The notes beneath the pieces were generated by a model that saw nothing but the letters and a program-made list of their open reading frames with translations, ran no database searches and was not told the origin of the DNA. A stretch of DNA of 63,986 nt, counting the filler, from Lenisia limosa (Eukaryota; Protista; Breviatea): the NCBI GenBank assembly GCA_001655205.1. It is 20 parts of 20 records of this genome, joined end to end, with 100 filler letters (N's around TTAATTAATTAA, not from the genome) between each part and the next. Parts side by side here need not be neighbours in the genome. Positions count along the whole stretch, not along the records: positions 61,157 to 62,483 come from LPNZ01000032.1; positions 62,584 to 63,986 come from LPNZ01004099.1; 18 more parts are not named here. One strand, written 5' to 3'. The translations under genes and the position numbers were made by a program. The stretch's first letter is position 1, and each line of letters starts with the position of its first letter. Below are positions 61,222-63,986 of this stretch, one piece after another.

Positions 61222-62204
61222 ATGAAGTCGGTCTCAGCCGGCACAGCCCCTGTGTTGAAGAAGTCCTGACCAACACTTGACGCTTTCGGGTAGTCCGTGG
61301 ATCTCTTGTAGGCCTGTGGAGGATTGGGAGTAAAAAAAACCCAAATCAACTCTTGGCTGACAACACATGAGGGTTGAAAAAACAAAACAAACAAAGCCCA
61401 GTCCAGCCGCTTCGACAGCACCATGTAAACGAAGGAAATTACAGGGGCCGCATATTGTCGCCCCTTTTTAATGGAATACTTACAACATATGATACAGTAT
61501 ACTATATGTTATATTATATTGCATATCACACTTTGATATTATGTATAATATGATGTAACACCCCATTTTACTCATCATGTTTTCAGGTCTCAGGTCTTAT
61601 GTGATATGAAGTGAGCTGTAACTGTTGTTTTTACCCCCCCCCCCGACATTGACCAGCCACATGTTATCGCCAGGCCCGGCCCGGAACAGAGTCGCCTTTC
61701 CGCCGGCACCAGTGGACTCCAAATTAATGGCAGCTGGGGGAGGGGGGGGAGTAAAATTGAAAAATTTTGATGAAACAAAAAAAAAACAACTCAAAAAGAC
61801 CGATAAAATTTTGATAGTTTTCGTATGTGTGGGTTTCCTTTTTACGAACCTAATTTATATATATATGTATTTGAGGTGTAAAAAATAGGTATTATAATTA
61901 TCGTTGAATCCTTGAAATACTTCCCGCAAAAAACAAAACAAAACAAAAAATAATAAGAACAATAGTAACTCTACCCCTACCCTTTACCCCAAAAAAGTTC
62001 TGCCCACTCCAAATAGGGGTTTCACTTCGGTTCGACAAAGTCGATGTTTTCCAGGATTATCAGAAATTAAGTCTTTTTCGAACCGAAATGAAGCCCTATC
62101 TCCAAAAAAAGCTCCAACCCCTCACATATCGTTTACCCCACACCTTGTACAGAGTCCCTCCACTCATGATGTGTAGTAAACGCATGAGTTCCGATCAAAG
62201 CAAT
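61222..62204 (-). CDS. ERMP1: Peptidase M28, ERMP1/FXNA-like ER metallopeptidase, internal exons
   Basis: IALIGTHAFTTHHEWRDSVQ|AAINLESTGAGGKATLFRAGPGDNMWLVN|AYKRSTDYPKASSVGQDFFNTGAVPAETDF matches ERMP1 AFINLEAAGxGGKxxxFQxGP..WLxxAY....P..S..Q.F..G..P.xTDF. Confidence 0.88.
61326..61423 (-). repeat. Family B in ERMP1 intron, abutting the acceptor
   Basis: GGTGCTGTCGAAGCGGCTGGACTGGGC...TTTTACTCCCAATCCTCCACAG|AYKRS exon. Confidence 0.8.
62013..62098. mobile_element. Family A MITE in ERMP1 intron
   Basis: TAGGGGTTTCACTTCGGTTCG...CGAACCGAAATGAAGCCCTA. Confidence 0.78.
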
Positions 62205-62602
62205 CTGGAATATAAACATTTGCTGTCTGGAATCTAAAGGATCATGAGGAAAAAAGTAATCTGGAATATAAACATTAGATTGAAGGGAATAATACCTCGA
62301 GTTTGGAGTGTGAAAGGAATAATTAGGGCTCCATGCAACTATTTGACGAATTAATTTCAAAATTTGAAGGGAGTCATAAAGTAAACGCCATTTCAAAAGT
62401 GTCAAATTTTATCAATTAATTCTCTCACACAATTAACTCCGCGGAGCCTTAGAAATGATGCCTCGGATTTGAAATGTTGAAGANNNNNNNNNNNNNNNNN
62501 NNNNNNNNNNNNNNNNNNNNNNNNNNNTTAATTAATTAANNNNNNNNNNNNNNNNNNNNNNNNNNNNNNNNNNNNNNNNNNNNACCCCCCCCCCCCTCTT
62601 AG

Positions 62603-62762
62603 GCCTGACCCCATCACGCTTCTCGACGCTTGATAAGCAGCTCAACGAGGCTCTGACGTACCTCTTTGTCTTCTTTTTTGTCTGTGTCTTGACCGCGGCT
62701 GTCATTTCCGGCCTCTGGCACGAGTTCAATGCCGATGACAAGTGGTACCTTGGTGAGGAGTG

Positions 62763-62822
<60 letters not shown>

Positions 62823-63827
62823 NNNNNNNNNNNNNNNNNNNNNNNNNNNNNNNNNNNNNNNNNNNNNNNNNNNNNNNNNNNNNNNNNNNNNNNNNNNNNN
62901 NNNNNNNNNNNNNNNNNNNNNNNNNNNNNNNNNNNNNNNNNNNNNNNNNNNNNNNNNNNNNNNNNNNNNNNNNNNNNNNNNNNNNNNNNNNNNNNNNNNN
63001 NNNNNNNNNNNNNNNNNNNNNNNNNNNNNNNNNNNNNNNNNNNNNNNNNGAACAAGACAACTCACTCGGAACCGGCGTGGCCAACTTCTTCAGCTATTGG
63101 ATTCTGATGAGCTATATGGTCCCAATTTCGCTGTACGTTACAATCGAAGTTGTTCGCGTGGCCCAGGTGGGAGGAGGGGGGTGGATAACTTGGGCTTCCA
63201 TATGGTCCGAAAAAACCCGGTAAAACATCGAGGATTTATCGGGAGATTCGGTCTTTTTTGAAGCTCTACTGTATATATAGCAATGAGAAATAGTAGAAGT
63301 TGTCCACACCATCACGCTTATAGAGATTTTGAATAATAGTATATAGAAATACATGGGGTTGGGGGGTTGGAAATATTCATGGGTCACAATCGAAGATTGA
63401 TATTATACTACATATCTATTACCAGTGTTCCCAACATCTCTCACCCGCACCCCCAGGTACAATTTATGGAATGGGACCTTTGTATGCATTCCGACCCCAA
63501 AGATAAGTCTACCGGGATGAAAGCCAAAAACTCCAACACCAATGAGGAGCTGGGAAGAGTCAAGGTTGGTTTGTAAAAGTGGTATTTTTATGAGCAAAAT
63601 TACAAAAACAAAAGGTTAAGTTTGCAACTACAGACGTTTGTTTAAAGCCACCCTTTTTTTAGACAAGCCTTCTTTTCTCATACATGATGGATTTTCTTTT
63701 CTTTTTCTTCAGCTCTTTGTTTTTGTTGCTGTTTACCAAGTTGAAATAAATGTGGCTTGCGCTAAATCTCTTCCTTTTATCCCGCTTCTCACCTTTCAGT
63801 GCATTCTGTCGGACAAAACAGGCACCA
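62603..63827 (+). CDS. P4-type ATPase (phospholipid flippase), TM3-TM4 to phosphorylation site; truncated both ends
   Basis: PSRFSTLDKQLN..WYL, FFSYWILMSYMVPISLYVTIEVVRVAQ|VQFMEWDLCM..AKNSNTNEELGRVK|CILSDKTGT. This contains the P4 signature PISLYVTIE, NEELG and the phosphorylated DKTGT. Confidence 0.95.
62763..62822. repeat. (GTT)n microsatellite
   Basis: About 20 perfect GTT units running into a gap, in a P4-ATPase intron. Confidence 0.95.
63191..63267. mobile_element. Degenerate family A2 copy in P4-ATPase intron
   Basis: GGGCTTCCATATGGTCCGAAAAAA...GGTCTTTTTTGAAGCTCT. Confidence 0.6.
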
Positions 63828-63883
63828 GTGGGGGGAGGGCGTGAGTGTATTTTTTTTGTTACTTTTTTGGAGGGAAGGGAGGG

Positions 63884-63986
63884 GATCCGGTGCTGCACAA
63901 GGGAACGGTAATGGGCTATATTTGTTTTGTTGTTAGCCAACAGAGTTGGTTTTTGGCTTTGTTTCTTCTCATAAATTTCCTATTTT
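63884..63986 (+). repeat. Family B in P4-ATPase intron
   Basis: GATCCGGTGCTGCACAAG...TTAGCCAACAGAGTTGG...CATAAATTTCCTATTTT, in gene-sense orientation. Confidence 0.7.

Noticed and set aside
2879-62539. TTAATTAATTAA repeated 19 times as a biological repeat
   Set aside because: It is always centred in exactly 44+44 N, so it is an artificial six-frame-stop linker.
62532-63261. Poly-T/N/V/Q/L/C ORFs
   Set aside because: They are translations of a (GTT)n microsatellite plus an N gap inside a P4-ATPase intron.
2182-63267. Family A palindromes as CRISPR repeats or bacterial REP/terminators
   Set aside because: Copies are dispersed in spliceosomal introns, are not regularly spaced with unique spacers, and no cas genes are present.
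1-63986. rRNA, tRNA or snRNA genes
   Set aside because: No conserved rRNA segments, cloverleaf or Sm-site-bearing snRNA was recognised by eye. A tRNAscan/Infernal run would be needed to exclude divergent ones.

Overview
This is eukaryotic, intron-rich draft sequence, probably from a protist (the taxon is inferred, not established). It is 20 unrelated short scaffolds joined by an artificial 100-nt spacer (44 N + TTAATTAATTAA + 44 N), so adjacency across spacers means nothing. Internal N-gaps usually open next to poly-G/C runs. Genes recognised by manual splicing on GT-AG introns, mostly truncated by scaffold ends: PNO1, a cytosolic carboxypeptidase (M14D/AGBL), an MRH-domain protein, a 4x CCHC zinc-knuckle protein, a complete VTA1, the 3' end of VPS26, an SLX1-like GIY-YIG nuclease with an in-frame TAA, SNM1/PSO2, a TPR protein, an ERMP1-like M28 peptidase and a P4-ATPase flippase. 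There are also many hypothetical multi-exon genes. Introns are full of short dispersed repeats. Family A is a ~100-bp hairpin MITE (30+ copies or fragments, two co-varying subfamilies). Family B is a ~140-bp non-palindromic element that repeatedly ends at 3' splice sites in gene-sense orientation. Families C-F are rarer. The main anomaly is a ~3.1-kb GC-rich, intronless, frameshifted ORFan block (37690-40797) that appears to splice into host-style exons; it is a candidate endogenised viral or giant-element fragment. No rRNA, tRNA or CRISPR array was seen. All family assignments are from memory of motifs; no database search was run.
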